Assembly (NCBI RefSeq): GCF_036321535.1
Contig: NC_087437.1
Location: 46,440,001-46,504,000 of the forward strand
Reading direction: 5' to 3'
Source of the DNA: Camelus dromedarius
Taxonomy: Eukaryota
DNA length: 64,000 bases
Positions 37,981 through 50,750 of the stretch are shown here, in pieces. The notes under the pieces were generated by a model. That model made no database searches. It saw nothing but the letters and a program-made list of their open reading frames with translations, and was not told the DNA's origin. A program made the position numbers and the translations under genes. How positions within the stretch are numbered: position 1 is the stretch's first letter; every line of letters starts with the position of its first letter.

Positions 37981-38047
37981 TATTATTATTATTATTGTTG
38001 TTGCTATTATTATTATTATTGTTGTTGCTATTATTATTATTATTATT
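37981..38047. repeat. Compound (TAT)n(TGT)n microsatellite with a duplicated 24-bp higher-order unit
   Basis: 'tattattattattattgttgttgc' at 37981-38004 and 38005-38028, then (TAT)n. Confidence 0.93.
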
Positions 38048-38756
38048 AATTTTCTTACTTGAGCAGACTCATTAGTAAAGCAGTAATTGTATCCTTCACC
38101 CATAGAAGAAAGGCAACCAGATTCCCTTGTTTTCAAGTTTGACTTCTTTGCCCAGGACAGCCTTTTCTTCTCTCCCCTCCCCTCCTCCTTCTTTCTTTTC
38201 TTATTTCCTTTTCCTCTGAGGCTGGTGGGGATACACAAATTTGATGACTTCTTTACTTAATCATTTTGGGAATATTTCCAGGCCCTTGAAAGAAATGAGT
38301 CCAAAGTTTCTGCCTCCGGTACAGACCAGTCCCCTGCTCACATTTGTACCTTCCAGAGGTGATAACATCTCAGAAGGAGGATGGCCACCTAGGTGATTTA
38401 GGTTGTTGCCGCCAAATGCTGCCACCTTGAAAGCAGGGAGAAAGGGATCCCTGAGGGCCAGCCAAAGGCGAGTGGAGTGGACGCCAGCTCCCTTGCCCTC
38501 CCAGAGGAGCAGAAGGAGAAATCGTGTCTAGGGTAAACAGTGCTGACTGATGGCCTGAGAGCAAGACCCCCATTTTCATGGACTGCTTGAGCCCAGAGGA
38601 GGAGGACAATACCCCAACTAATGGCTGTACTGTTTTTATCACCAGTTGACAATTGAGAAGTCAGAGCAGAGCAAGGTTTGTTTTAGAAAGGTAAAGAATT
38701 GTGGCACTTCCTGGAATCTGTGTTGTGCAGTAATTTCTATATGTGACACACTTATT

Positions 38757-38799
38757 TTTTTTTTAACATTTTTTATTGATTTATAATCATTTTACAATG
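38757..38799 (-). mobile_element. Extremely 5'-truncated young L1 (3' tip plus polyA) with a 15-bp TSD
   Basis: TSD 'tgtgacacacttatt' at 38742-38756 and 38800-38814; the minus strand reads CATTGTAAAATGATTATAAATCAATAAAAAATGTT-polyA. Confidence 0.85.
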
Positions 38800-38804
38800 T
38801 GTGA

Positions 38805-39240
38805 CACACTTATTGAGCTTCTTTTTGAGCTAAGCCTTATGCTAGGCAGATGGAAAGATCCATTACCTTCCCTCAAGGGAATCTGAGTCTAGTGGGGAAG
38901 GCAGACAAATGAGCAGAGAACTCAAACACCACAGGAAGGATTCTATTCTAGTGGTGTGAGCCAAAGGCAGCCACAGCGCAGAGGAGGGTGACTGAGTCTG
39001 CTTTTACCTTGAAGAAGGGCGATCGGGGAGAGGAGAGGAAGGGCAAAGTAAAGTGAGGGATCAGCATCTGCAAAGCCACAGCCTTGTGCAAGGTTACTCT
39101 TGTCAGGGACCTGTGAGAAGCTCTGTTTGCATGAGAGTGGGGCTGTAGGGTACCTGGTGTGAAGTGATAAGAGGAGAGACACTTCCATGGCCTTGGGTAA
39201 TGAGGTACACAGATTTAAAGAGCATTTCAGATTAGTCTTT
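38805..39240 (-). mobile_element. L2 3' portion
   Basis: 'cttattgagc...ccttccctcaagggaatctgagtctagtggggaaggcagaca'. Confidence 0.7.
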
Positions 39241-39249
39241 GCCCGAGGA

Positions 39250-39850
39250 AGCATGAATGCTTGAGCTCATACAGCTCACATATGAGAGATGCTTGACAGA
39301 GGATTTCCCCAATTGGACAAAAGTACTAAAAGTGAAATGACATTTCCAATAATGAGTTATGAAGATAAAAGAAATGTCCAAACCATCTTTAACAATACAT
39401 TTATTAATATAATAATATATCAATAAATTTATTAATAATTAACTATATTATTAATAAATAATAAAATTATCATTACTAAATTTTGATCAATTGTGTTATA
39501 GGGAAAACTGAATTATCTTTCTAGTCTATCTATAGAAAAGGCTATTACAGAATTTTGTCATAAGAAGAGACAATCAAATATTATGCAGCCAAAGGTGTAG
39601 AATACAAGCATTTATAGAGGTTTGTTAAGCAGATAATTAAAACAAATCTTACTTTATTTTTTCCTAGTTTTTGTGGTATTTCTGGTAATTGCTGGCTTTA
39701 AAAGTTGATATTTTTGTTCTTTCTTTTCTCATTTAAAATATTCACTGTTGCCTCATTTATGTGTTTATAATTTTGTATTATTATTCTTAAAGCCCCCCTC
39801 CCCGCAGATTGTATAAGCTTCAGTTCTCCCCAAACCTAGATCAGCCTCTA
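39250..39850 (+). mobile_element. Arthur1-like hAT transposon 3' fragment with a dimerisation-domain remnant
   Basis: Manual translation EDFPNWTKVLK/MTFPIMSYEDKRN/GKLNYLSSLSIEK resembles the hAT C-terminal dimerisation motif; end 'gattgtataagcttcag...caaacctagatcagcctct'. Confidence 0.75.
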
Positions 39851-39889
39851 GGTAAGAGCAGAGACGGGAGAGGTAGACGGGCCAGTCTG

Positions 39890-40050
39890 GAATCAGAGAT
39901 TCAAGAAATGGTGCAGAACCTTCATGTTCACCTAAGGCTTCACATCCTCATCTTACTGAAGAGGAAACTGGGCCCAGAGAAGTCAACTGACTCCCAAAGT
40001 TCTGAGAGTCTGTTGGTTGCAGATCCAAGAGCAGAACCCCCAGCTCTTAC
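39890..40050 (-). mobile_element. MIR SINE
   Basis: 'cctcatcttactgaagaggaaactgggcccagagaag...ctcccaaag'. Confidence 0.75.
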
Positions 40051-41104
40051 TTCTCTGGTATGCTGGCATGTCTTTTCCTCCTCCTCCTCCTCCCCTTCCC
40101 CACTCTTCCTCCTCCTTCTTTCTGCCTCTCCTTTTCCTTCTCCTCAGCACTCATCTGGTAAAAAGGCAGGGATACAAACAAGTCACTTGATTTGTTTTGG
40201 TCAGTACAGTGTTTAAAAAATAACCCAATGGCAATACTTTTAGATGGGGTATGCTTTCTGCTGTTCAGATTCTTCCACTCCATCTCCTTACATCTGGGTG
40301 ACAGATGTCCTTGTCCTGTGTAGCTTGAAAGGCATCTGGGTTAGGGCAACGGTGCTTGAAGAGCAAAGAGGTTTTGAAGCTGCAAGCTTGAGACATTCCC
40401 TTCTTGTGCAGCAGTGCTAGGAGATGTGTGTTTCCACGTGAATGTGCCATAGCAACATCCATCAACAGCTCTGAGCTTTGCGTTACTGGGTAGGAAAAGA
40501 GCAAAAGTCACATTTACCTGTCAGTTGTCCTCAGGTAGTAGCAGAAGCCAGCCATGCTGAGTGGTATGTGAACCTGCAGTCCTGGGCAGGGGAAACTGGA
40601 GGAATGCAGACCTTTTGAGGGACATCGCTGCCTGTAAGGACAACAGTTCCAGTCAGAGAGTATCTCGGCAAGAGACTGCTTGCGTTTAGTTTCCGCCCTT
40701 GGCCACACCATATCTGACTGTTTAAGCTCCAAAGAAAATGCAATACTGCAGGTGTTCTCAAGTTAACAATGGCCCAAGAGCTGGTATGTTTTCAGTTATG
40801 AGAGCAGCTTAAAATTCAATAACAAAGGACATGAATCCAAATCATTATATTGCTGTAAAATTCTGGCTGATACACATAGAAAACAGTCTTATTAGCTATT
40901 TGCCAATCCACACTGAGACATAACCTTAAAAAAATGGCATACATTTGGCTCTGTTCCATTCTCTTGTGATACCAGGCTCCAGGCCCTTCTGTAAGGCACC
41001 GCAGACTGTCTTGCTTAGGGGCATGCCTAAAGACTTGCATATGCCTTCTGTGTTGTTCTTAAGAAAGTTTACATTTATCTAAGTTTACATTTACATGGCA
41101 TCTA

Positions 41105-41292
41105 ACTACATGCCATGTAGAATTTTATTTCCTCAAATTCACGTAACAATCTTACACTCTCTTTGTTCTGTAAGTGAAGAACCTGAGGCCCAGAGAAGTT
41201 ATTACAATCCAAGACCACACACTTCCTAATAACAGCAGAGCAAGGACTAGAACTCAGTTCTGTCTGGCTCCAAAGCCATTGTATACCTCTGC
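41105..41292 (-). mobile_element. MIR SINE
   Basis: 'gaacctgaggcccagagaagtta...ccaagaccacac...gactagaactcagttctgtctggctccaaagcc'. Confidence 0.85.
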
Positions 41293-42044
41293 CTGAGCAC
41301 AGCGGCCATAAAGGAGAGCCAAAGCCAACGAGCACCAGGAAGCAGGACTCCTCTGAAGGCCTAGGTTGCACCTGGGTAGAGGGTGGGGGGCTTAGGTCAT
41401 CACCCTTGAGGCTGGTTCACTGCATTTAGTTGCATGTGTGCTTGCATAGATTGGCTGGGGCTGCCATGATATTCAATGCCTGCCTGCTCTTGAACATAGT
41501 TACTTCTTTCCTCCTAGGGAGATCTGGGAACAGGGTCACTGAGCCACCTTGTGACCAACTCTGGGGACTGCGTCTTCCCTCATGCTCCAACATCTAAAGA
41601 TTTGGGGGACCCCATCTTCCTTCGCCACCACCGGTCTTATATTCCCACCCAGAAGAGGCTTTGCCCACATACCTTCACTTTTCTTTGTCAACCTTTCAGA
41701 ACAGAAGTTGCCTATGGTAGATGGACTAGTTGCTGTCTTAGGATTTAATGTATTTTATGTGAATGACCTTCAAGTATCTAAAACAGTTGGTAGTCACAAA
41801 TTTTAAATGCTAAGAGGAAGTCAAGGCTCTGCCCTTCACAAGCCCCCACTACAGTCTTGCCAAGGGAGGAGCTCAGATGTGAATCAAAGACAAAATTGAA
41901 TCAAGGACACATAATGTTTCCCCCAGAACTGAGGGTGAAATTTTAAGCAAGAGATGTAAAGCTGTCATAAGTAGAACAGAGGCAATATTGTCTAAGTCAC
42001 TTTGGTTTCTGTCTTGCATCTTTTTTTTCAGCCATTGCAGAAGC

Positions 42045-43670
42045 GCAGGACAAAGACTGTGTAGTGATAAAGAGAATGTGCTCCAAATGGGAGGTATCAG
42101 TGTGAACTCATGATTTCCAGAATAATTATATGTGCTTATGCATGCACATGTGCCCACAGGGATGTGTGTGTGTATCTATTCATGTGTGTGTCTATACATA
42201 AGTATACATGTGTATTTGTGTATAAACATGCATATATTTCCTAGTGCTGTCTACTGAAAGTAACTAGAAGCAAAAAAACACCACAGCAGCAACGAGCACC
42301 CAGTGTTCAGATCTTGGCCCTTAATACCATTCTCCACTACAAGACTGAGACCCCCCCAGAGAAATGGATGCATCTATGGCTGAGGCAGGGAGTGTTCGAG
42401 AGGATCCTGGAACATCTTGTTATGCCATAAAATGAGGAAATATTTTAAAAAATGATTATGGTATGTCAAAAGGATAAGAGAAAGCTTGCAGTAGCTCCCA
42501 CTGGCCCAAACTGGAACAGTTGGAAAATAAATAAGGAGAGTATGAGTATAAACCACTGAAGAAAATAGAAACATACTGATAATAAATAGGTAAGTAAGTA
42601 ATACATGGAGGGAAAGGGAGGGCACTCACTCACTGCAGAATTAGCCAAGAGTTGACTGGTAAATGTGAAGGAACGGTAAGAGTTAGAAAATCATCACTTT
42701 ATAAACATCTTCCTTGTGAATGGTTCTGGCAAAAATCATCAATGGATACTAAGTCCAGGGGGGAATTTTGATGAGGAACAGGATACTTTCATGTTCTTAA
42801 ACTGACTCTCCACAGATTGCTTATTAGTTTCAAAGGGAGTAGTTGTAACTATATGTTGTAGAAATCAGACCTTGAGTAGGTAAACAGAGTGCAATTCCCA
42901 GTGAAGAGCAAATAAACACTGTGAACCTTCAGAATGTGATACCAGGAGAAGATCACAGTATCACTTGTGGATATTCTGGCTGGAAATGTATCACCTAAAT
43001 GTAGTTATGAGGAAACATCTGATAAACCTCAAATCTGGTATTTTCTACTAGAAAAAAAAGGAGGAAGGAACTATATTCTTCAAAAATGTCAGAAAGGAAA
43101 AAGAAAGGCTGTGGAAATATTACAGATTAAAGGATACTAAGGAAACATGAAAACTAAATACAATACCCAATTCTAGACTAACTCTGGCACTAGAGGAAAA
43201 AAATGCTATAAAAGACATTTTTGAGTCAACTGAAAAAATTGGATTATAGATATAGATTAGATTAAATTTTTATATTAATATTAAATTTACTGAATTAGAT
43301 AACTGTGCTGTGGTTATGTAAGAGAATATCTCTCTAAGGAAAGATGCATTGAATTATTTAAGGGCAAAGGGGCGTGATGTACTCAACTTTGTTCCAAATG
43401 TTTCAGGAAATAAATATCATTTATAATATCTGTTATGCATAATCTATATTATAAAAATCATTTACATGTAGATAGAGATGAAAAAGAGGGTATGCAAGCA
43501 AAGCAAATAGGGTAAAGTATTTTGTTACTATTATTATAACTATTTTTGCAAATTTTAGGGTACATATTAACAATGGGTGAATCTGAGTAGAGAATATTCA
43601 GATGTTTTTGTATTATTCCCATTTTTGATAATTTTTTGCAAGTTTGAAATTATTTACAAACCAAAAATTG
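42045..43670 (+). mobile_element. L1MC3/L1MC4-like LINE-1 long 3' UTR
   Basis: 'tttcctagtgctgtctactgaa', 'ggctgaggcagggag...cctggaacatcttgttatgcc', 'atgaggaaacatctgataaacc', 'actgtgctgtggttatgtaagagaatatc', 'gcaagtttgaaattattt'. Confidence 0.85.
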
Positions 43671-43699
43671 GGGGAGAGATTGAGACAGAGAGAGCAAAT

Positions 43700-43835
43700 A
43701 TGGCTATTTACTAGCTATGTGATGTCAGGCAAGCTATGTAATCTCTCTGTGCCTCAGCTTCCTCAACTGGAAAGTTGAAGTAATAGTACTTCCCCTTGGT
43801 TTTTTTGTGGGAAATAAGGATGATGAAAACATTTA
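43700..43835 (+). mobile_element. MIR SINE
   Basis: 'tttactagctatgtgatgtcaggcaag...atctctctgtgcctcagcttcctc'. Confidence 0.85.
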
Positions 43836-44899
43836 TTATTATTAACTTGGATATCTTTTAACCAAAGAGTTGTTTTAGCCTTGGGTGATAAATTAGGAAC
43901 TAGGTGAGGTTTGGGGTGTGAGGCACAAAGCAAGATACTGAGGGAGGGGCCTCTAGCCTGGGATGCAAGAGGAAGATGCATGAGATCCCCTGGGAAAAGG
44001 AGCATTCATGTCATCTGCATCCCAAGTTGAAAGATTTGGGGCTACAGCCAGAGGTACAAATAAGAAGTGAGTGTACGTAAATACCCACTTTGAACCCAGC
44101 TGAAGTGGTGGCAATTCTTGTAATCAGCTAGTCAGAGATTCTGAGATTCAGGAGCTGTACGATCTTTCTAGAAAATAAAGTCCAGAAGGACCAGAGTCTT
44201 TGGAGGGTGAATAATTCCCATCACAAAAGCAGCGGTGAAAATAACAAATTCGGTGCTTGGAAATAGGACAATTATAAATAAACCTGGTACAAGTTCTCTC
44301 AAAACAGAGGTTGCTTTGTGAAAAATTCTGTCAGTTAATAGGATGCTTAAATGACAGTATCAGGCAAGAGGAGAAGAATGTTGGCAGCGTGCTTGAGAGG
44401 TTGAGGCCGATTCTGTTGTGCCCACGTTAGTTTCCTAATTTGGGTAGTTTCTCTCACAAGCTCCTTATTTGAAGACAGCTTTCTCAGTGTTATGATTAGA
44501 AACATAATGCATTCCACATGTGCCTGGAAGCCTGAGAGGCCACATTTCAGGGTTTTTCATGATGACTGCCAAGGTGGCCCCCTGGAAAGCCACCTTGCTG
44601 TGACCCTGGATCAAGTCACAGCTTCCCTGGCCAGTGGTGAATAATGAGTCTTAGTGGGGGCCAGGACAGGGGCTTGCCAACCTGTGTTTACTGCTCTGCT
44701 GTGTTCTCACCCTCCTTCGGGATGGTGGGGGAGGGACAAGTACAAGGAAGGCATTGGTTTGTTACTAAGGGTGTCGAGGGGTCAGGGAGTAGAAAGGCTC
44801 CATGGGGCCTTTCTCTTCCTCCTTGCCACCTCACTTCACCCCTCAGCTGTTCAGCTGGTGCATACGTGGCACAGCAGAACAACCCTACCTCCCCTGGCC

Positions 44900-45135
44900 A
44901 GAGCAGTGTGGTGAGCAAGAAGCCGAGCCTTAAACTGAAATTGCCCATCTCAGCTGCTTACTGGCTGGGCACTTGGGAGGAGTTGGTTAGCCTTTCTGCA
45001 CCTCAATTTTCTCAGCTGCCAATGGAGGAATTACTCCAGGGTTATTGTGAGGACAAGAGGAGGTGATGAGCATTAAGTGTCTAGAACCAAGCATGGCTCC
45101 GGAAGGGGCCCAGTGGATGGCTGTCAGCATCATTT
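44900..45135 (+). mobile_element. MIR SINE
   Basis: 'gcagtgtggtg...tctcagctgcttactggctg...ctgcacctcaattttctc...gggttattgtgagga'. Confidence 0.75.
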
Positions 45136-45749
45136 TTTTAGTGCCTGAGGAGAGGCACAGCCTGCCCTTACTTACGCAGTGCCTCATAGTCAGCTCCCGG
45201 GTCCTAGCATACCTGCAATTGTAAGTCCATCCTCAGGGGTCCATCAGCTGGATGGCTTGTACTAACTCCTTTTCTTTATGGCTTCAATGGTCCTAACCCT
45301 CTGAAATAGCGAGCCCTTCCTAACATAATACTTGGCATGTCTTCACTATGTTTCTCCTTAAAGTGTTACCTAGTTAAATCTTGCTCACACTGATTTGCAT
45401 TTCTTTCTAGCCTTTGAAACAGCCTCACTTCTCTTCCTGAGTCAGACTGACCACTCCTGAGCAGATGAGAAACTCACAGATGTTTTCAGAGTCCTTTAAG
45501 CCTGAAGTTATCATATATATATTTAAAATATATAATATTAAAATACATACAATATAAATATAATATATTATTTTCAATAACACGAGACCTTGTAGTAATT
45601 GTCTTCATGTTTCCGGTTGAGCCTAAAGCCTCAACAATTTGAATGAATTATTTCCCATCTTCTTCTTATCCTACACAACAGTGTGAAATACTGTGAGTTC
45701 CTGTGTGATTCGAAATGTGGATAAAATTTTCTCTTATCAACTGCCAGTC

Positions 45750-45970
45750 AGAAGTATAGTAATAAAAGAACTTGTTTTAGATTTAGAAGATCTTGATTTG
45801 GAGTCTTGACTTCACCACTTACTAGTTCCAGAATCTTAAGCAAGTAAATTCACTTCTCTGAACCTCAATTTCATCTAGAAAATGCAGATAAAAAATACCC
45901 TTGACCTGGGTAATGTTAAGGACTAGATGTAGCAGTATAGAGGGAACATTGGCAAACTGTAAAGTGCCCA
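45750..45970 (+). mobile_element. MIR SINE
   Basis: 'cttcaccacttactag...ttaagcaagt...ctctgaacctcaatttcatct'. Confidence 0.8.
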
Positions 45971-47906
45971 CCAGTGGTAGTTTAATTTATTGTGTTTATT
46001 GATTTTTCCACTCTGCAGCTGAGAATTTTCAAAAGAGGAAGAAAATATGATTTCTGTTTTCAGCATATGATAATTTTCAAGTTAGACCTTATGCATTTCC
46101 TTATTTAGTCCTGCCGTCTCAGCTGATGACTATGGCTTAACCCTTTCTGCTTCTCTACTAACTTAATAACATACCAGCATCTGCCTCTTTTGAAAGGACA
46201 AATGAGCCAATAGTTAGGAGAAAGTTCTGTTCTCCAGGGAGGAAATGTATTTGGGACATCTAAGGTAGCACTCTTATTGTTAGTATTATTCACCTGGATC
46301 ATTTTTGTGCTGATACAGTAACATCATCACTGTCCAAAGTGGAAAAAAAATAAATTATTGATGGCTTTGCATACTCATGCTGGGTCCAGAAAAGGTTTGT
46401 GAATAACAAGGTCTTGAGCCGAACTCTCCAAAGGAACAATGAAGGGGGTTGGAGCACAGTGGAAAGGAGACCAGTGGGGATCAGCTTCCAACTGCATTGG
46501 TGAAATGAATAATTCAAGAATATTGTTTTGGGTTAAGTATCCTTTTCAGCATCTTTAAAAACCTCTCTTTCTACCATGGTGGGATCACATAGCTATTCAA
46601 TACCACGTCAAGGATTTTTTCTTGACTGTAGTGCTGTGTGATAGCACAGTGAAGTATGTGAGTGTTTCAAATAGATTACAATATTTTCAATACATCAAAA
46701 TATTTATTACAGTTATGGTCTCTAAATTCTTGAGAGGTGTGTTGTAGATTCAGAAATGTCCAGTATTTTGTTCAACTGATTTCCCATCTTTGTTGGAAGC
46801 ATCAGAGGGTAGGACAATGAGATGCATATATGACACAGCCATGCACCAGATCATCTGTAAACCTTTTAGTCAGCTACACATTTTCTAATTTCAAGCATTT
46901 TGCTTTTGTAGCCAGTGATGTCCTTTATAACATTGTTTAGAGAGCTTTACTAAAATTATTTGTAGTTTGCCTTTTCCAAAAAGAATTTGGGGTGGCTTAA
47001 AAAGGCACGAATAATAGGTTAATAAAATATATATGTATAAGAGGGTGAATTTTATCTGCCAGCCTTTCTCTTGGGGGAGAACTGTTTGGAAGACATTGAT
47101 GACCTGCCCAGATTAGAAAGAGAAATCCCAAAAGTGTACGTAAATAACCAAGATAATCCCTAAATGGCCATGCACAGGCCAAGGAAAGAAATTTGTGTCG
47201 CTCCTGAAGAGACAGGAGGAATGTGAGGGGGGAACAGGGAAAAAGTTGATGATACAGGTGAGTGAAAGTCTGAAGTGGTGTGTGCTGTCTGACCTGGGCT
47301 TTCCCTCTGACCCCGTCATCTTCTGGCCATCTGCAGTAATAAATTTCCCCAAATGCTTAATATTGTGGGTTTCTGGTGGCAACCAGTGATGAAAACAAGC
47401 CTGGGTGACAGAGGGTGAAAAAAAGGGTGCGAGCCAGAGATGCTTGGAGAAATCAGCTGATGTCTGGGTTACAGAGATACAGAAATAGAAAACGAAATCC
47501 AAGAAGAGGCAGGACATAAATTCCCCAATAATTTACAGTTGTTTAGAGAGGTCTGTGATTTACTTCCACCTTTGGCTTGGAGTTCCTGACAGCTGTTGTA
47601 GAAAGGGAAGCATGATTGGTTCCATAGCTCTTGTTTTCAGAAAAAAAGATCACACTATCCTCAAGAAATTTTTTTTTCCAACTTTAATTCTGGAAGGAAT
47701 TTCTTAGGCAAGTCTTTCCGCAAAAGACAAGTGGCATAAGAAAAAATATGCCTTTAAAAATAGTTTACAGTCAGTGTAGAAGCAGATTTTATGTGGCTGC
47801 TCCTAGAACTGCCCTTGATTAAAGTCCAGGGCTTGAAAGCTGGATCACAAACCTGAGAAGAGCTCTTTGAGGGACTGAGCTAATCTAGTCTGCATCTGAA
47901 GCTGTC

Positions 47907-48338
47907 TGTAGTGGATGTTTGTGGCTGGTGTGCCAATATCATTCCATCCGAGTTGATTAGTCTGAGTCAATCAAGGCAATTCCTTTCCCCTTGCCAATGA
48001 ATCCTCCGCAGTCTGGCTGTGATCTAATCCTGGACACAGAGAAGCAAGAGGAGAAAATCTGGAGAACTTCTGGGAAAGGCTTTCTCCATCTCAAGTAGGA
48101 AGTGCAGGAAGACAGCATCTCTCTCCTTTCATGGGACATTGTTGTACATGATGTGTTACCATGAGAATGAAGTTAATAGTAGATGGCAGAGTAGATGGAG
48201 AAAGTTCTACTTAAGATACTGAATGAGGCAACCTTGGAAATCCTCTAGCCCTGTGCAAGCTAATGTATTTCCTTACTGTTTAAATCAGTTTGAGTTGAGG
48301 ATTGTTTTTGCAGTCAAGAACGTCTTTTGACTGATATA
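47907..48338 (+). mobile_element. MLT1J-like MaLR LTR
   Basis: Starts 'tgtagtggatgtttgtgg'; internal 'ttctgggaaaggctttc' and 'gatggcagagtaga'; ends 'tgtttaaatcagtttgagttg...ttgcagtcaagaac...actgatata'. Confidence 0.75.
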
Positions 48339-48749
48339 TCTTTCAATAATCTGTCATTACCCAGTGATGAAACAATGGAAGCCATTGTAGAGAAACAAAG
48401 AAAAGCAAATGGGTGAGGTCATGACTCATCCTTTGGCTTGCCTTTCCAATCACCCTCACCTTTTATTGCTCTCCACCTCTTTTTATACTTCTGTGCTCCT
48501 GGAATATTAAACTTACTTTCTCTTGCCATCACTCTTTTGCACATACTATTCTTTCCCCAAAACAGCTCTCCCCTTGAGTGAGTGTACATGCAAACACATG
48601 TGCACAAACACATACACACAGAAACACAAACTCACCTCCAACCCAGCCACTTCTGCTCAGCCTTCATTCTTCCAAGTCATACAGATGCCGCTTGCTCGAG
48701 ATGGAGCTCCTTTGATGTATACCCTCAACCCCTGCTTATTTAAGATTCC

Positions 48750-49182
48750 TGAGGTAGGAAGTCTCTAAGTTGGCCCAGTGATCCCCACTCCCTGGTATTC
48801 ATACCCTTGTGCAATCTTTCTCCTTTAATATGAGCTGCACCTAGAACTCATTTGCATTGAATGGCATGCAGCAAAAGGATGTGTGTTCTTTACTTATGAT
48901 GTCACTTCTAAGATTAGGCTACAGAAAAGGTGACTTTTTATCTTCATACCCTTTCTTACTCTCTGACTCTCTCAGACCATCAATTGCCAGAGATCCCTCA
49001 AATGTCTACAGAGAGGCCTACATGATGAGGAACTGAGGCCTGCCAGCAACCATGTCTTATCCAAATAATTGGAGAAATAATAAATATTTGTTGTTTTGAG
49101 CCACTAGGATTTGGGATAATTTGTCATAAAATGTAGGTAATGAATTTGTTATATATTTGTTATATAGCATAGATAACAAATA
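48750..49182 (+). mobile_element. MLT1F/E-like MaLR LTR inserted in an L2
   Basis: 'tgaggtagg...ctctaagttggccc...gatccccactccctggtattcatacccttgtg', 'gaggaactgaggcc', 'tgttgttttgagccactag'. Confidence 0.8.
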
Positions 49183-49184
49183 TC

Positions 49185-49392
49185 CTTCTCTGAGTTCCCA
49201 TAGAGATCTGTAAGTCCCCCTTCATAGCACTTACCACTCTGATTATAACTGTCTGATTATTTGTTTGACTACTTCACTAGGCTGTAAATTCTGTGAAGAT
49301 AGGAACATCATCTATCTTGTGTGCTACTGTATCTTAAGCAAATTAACACTGAACGTGGTACAGAAAATATGCTAACCTTCATTGAATAATGA
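49185..49392 (+). mobile_element. L2 3' terminus (upstream part at about 48420-48745)
   Basis: 'catagcacttaccactctg...cactaggctgtaaattctgtgaagatagga...ctactgtatc'. Confidence 0.8.
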
Positions 49393-49704
49393 GAGAGGGT
49401 TGGAACTCTAAAATATGTGGCACAGGCATTGATGTGGAAATATGAAATTGGGTCATGGAGATGAGTATCACAGAGAAAGGCAATAAAAGTAATACCAAAT
49501 TATAAAATAATTATTAATCCAACAAATTTGTAAACAGACTGAGCATCAACTAAGATGGTGCCAACAGTTAAAGAGGGATTTTTAAATGCCATGCTCTCGC
49601 GGTTAGTACTGAGATGTCTATTGCGGTAAAATCATCAGTGAGGAGAGAAGGCATAAACAGATGTAAAAATTACGGACCAGGTGTCAGCCTTCCCTTCCCA
49701 CCGA

Positions 49705-49795
49705 CCACCACCTGACCTCTCTGGGCCTCAGTTACTCATTGGTGAGGTGAAAGCCAGTTTCATCTTCTTAAAGATCTCTTTCAGCTCTAATATTG
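49705..49795 (+). mobile_element. MIR3-like fragment
   Basis: 'cacctgacctctctgggcctcagttactcat...tctttcagctctaa'. Confidence 0.6.
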
Positions 49796-50584
49796 CACTT
49801 TATGTAGAATATTATTCTGTAAATCCCCCAGATTACTTCAGATCACTAACCTCATCTTTTGGTTTTTCCATCGATCACATCTGAGGGATATAACACACGT
49901 CCCTCTGAAACAATGATTTTTTTCAGCCTAGACGGAAGAAAAGGGACACATCACATTATGGGCTTATTAGAATTTCTGGGTAAATGTGTAGTGTTAAAAG
50001 ATTTTCCAGGTGACTTTGGAAAACCTTTGAGGTAATACATCATGACAGGTCACGAAATTATCGTCAACACACCAGGCATTCTACTGTTTGATAAAATGAA
50101 TGCAGGAGAATTTAATATATGTTCAATAGAAGCTTAAAAGAAACAGCCGAAAAATAATTTAAGCAGAAAATTTTAACAAGTAACCCACCCTGGTAGAGTT
50201 CCTGTCAGACTATGTGTCTCAGCATCACAACGTTTCTTATTTTCCCAGTGGCTGAGGTACTTTACACACATGAGCTTCCGAGACTGGTCATCCATCATGT
50301 TTTGACAACAATTTAGAAGGTGGTACTTCAGGGCATTTACCACACGACCGGGAGGCTTCTATGCTACAAGAGATTATTGTCAGTATCCTTGACTGGAAAA
50401 GCACATACTGCTCTAATTAGTTTATGGCATATTCTTTTGAGATAATAATAACAATAATAATAATACCCAGCATTTGTTTAATTCTTTCATTTTTCAAAAG
50501 GTTTTCCGTCTGTCGTTGTGTCATCCTCACAATACACCTGTTAAGTAAGCAGTGCAGGTGTCCTAAAAGTAATGCATTTCCTGC

Positions 50585-50750
50585 AAGTTCACTCATTTCT
50601 TCATTCAATGTACACATTAATCCAGAGCCCCCGGGTGTCATGGACTCACTGGGGATATGATGCTGAGTGAGACAGGGTTGATGCTTTTGAGGGGCTCAGA
50701 ATCTAGAAGAGGCAAACATGTAAGCAGGTAACTACTGTGCTGTCAGTGTC
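50585..50750 (-). mobile_element. L2 3' end
   Basis: 'ttcactcatttcttcattcaa...ctggggatatgatgctgagtgagacagg'. Confidence 0.65.

Noticed and set aside
38380..38432. CTCF-like motifs (tggccacctagg; ctgccacctt)
   Set aside because: Only half of the core matches, which is insufficient without a PWM score or ChIP data.
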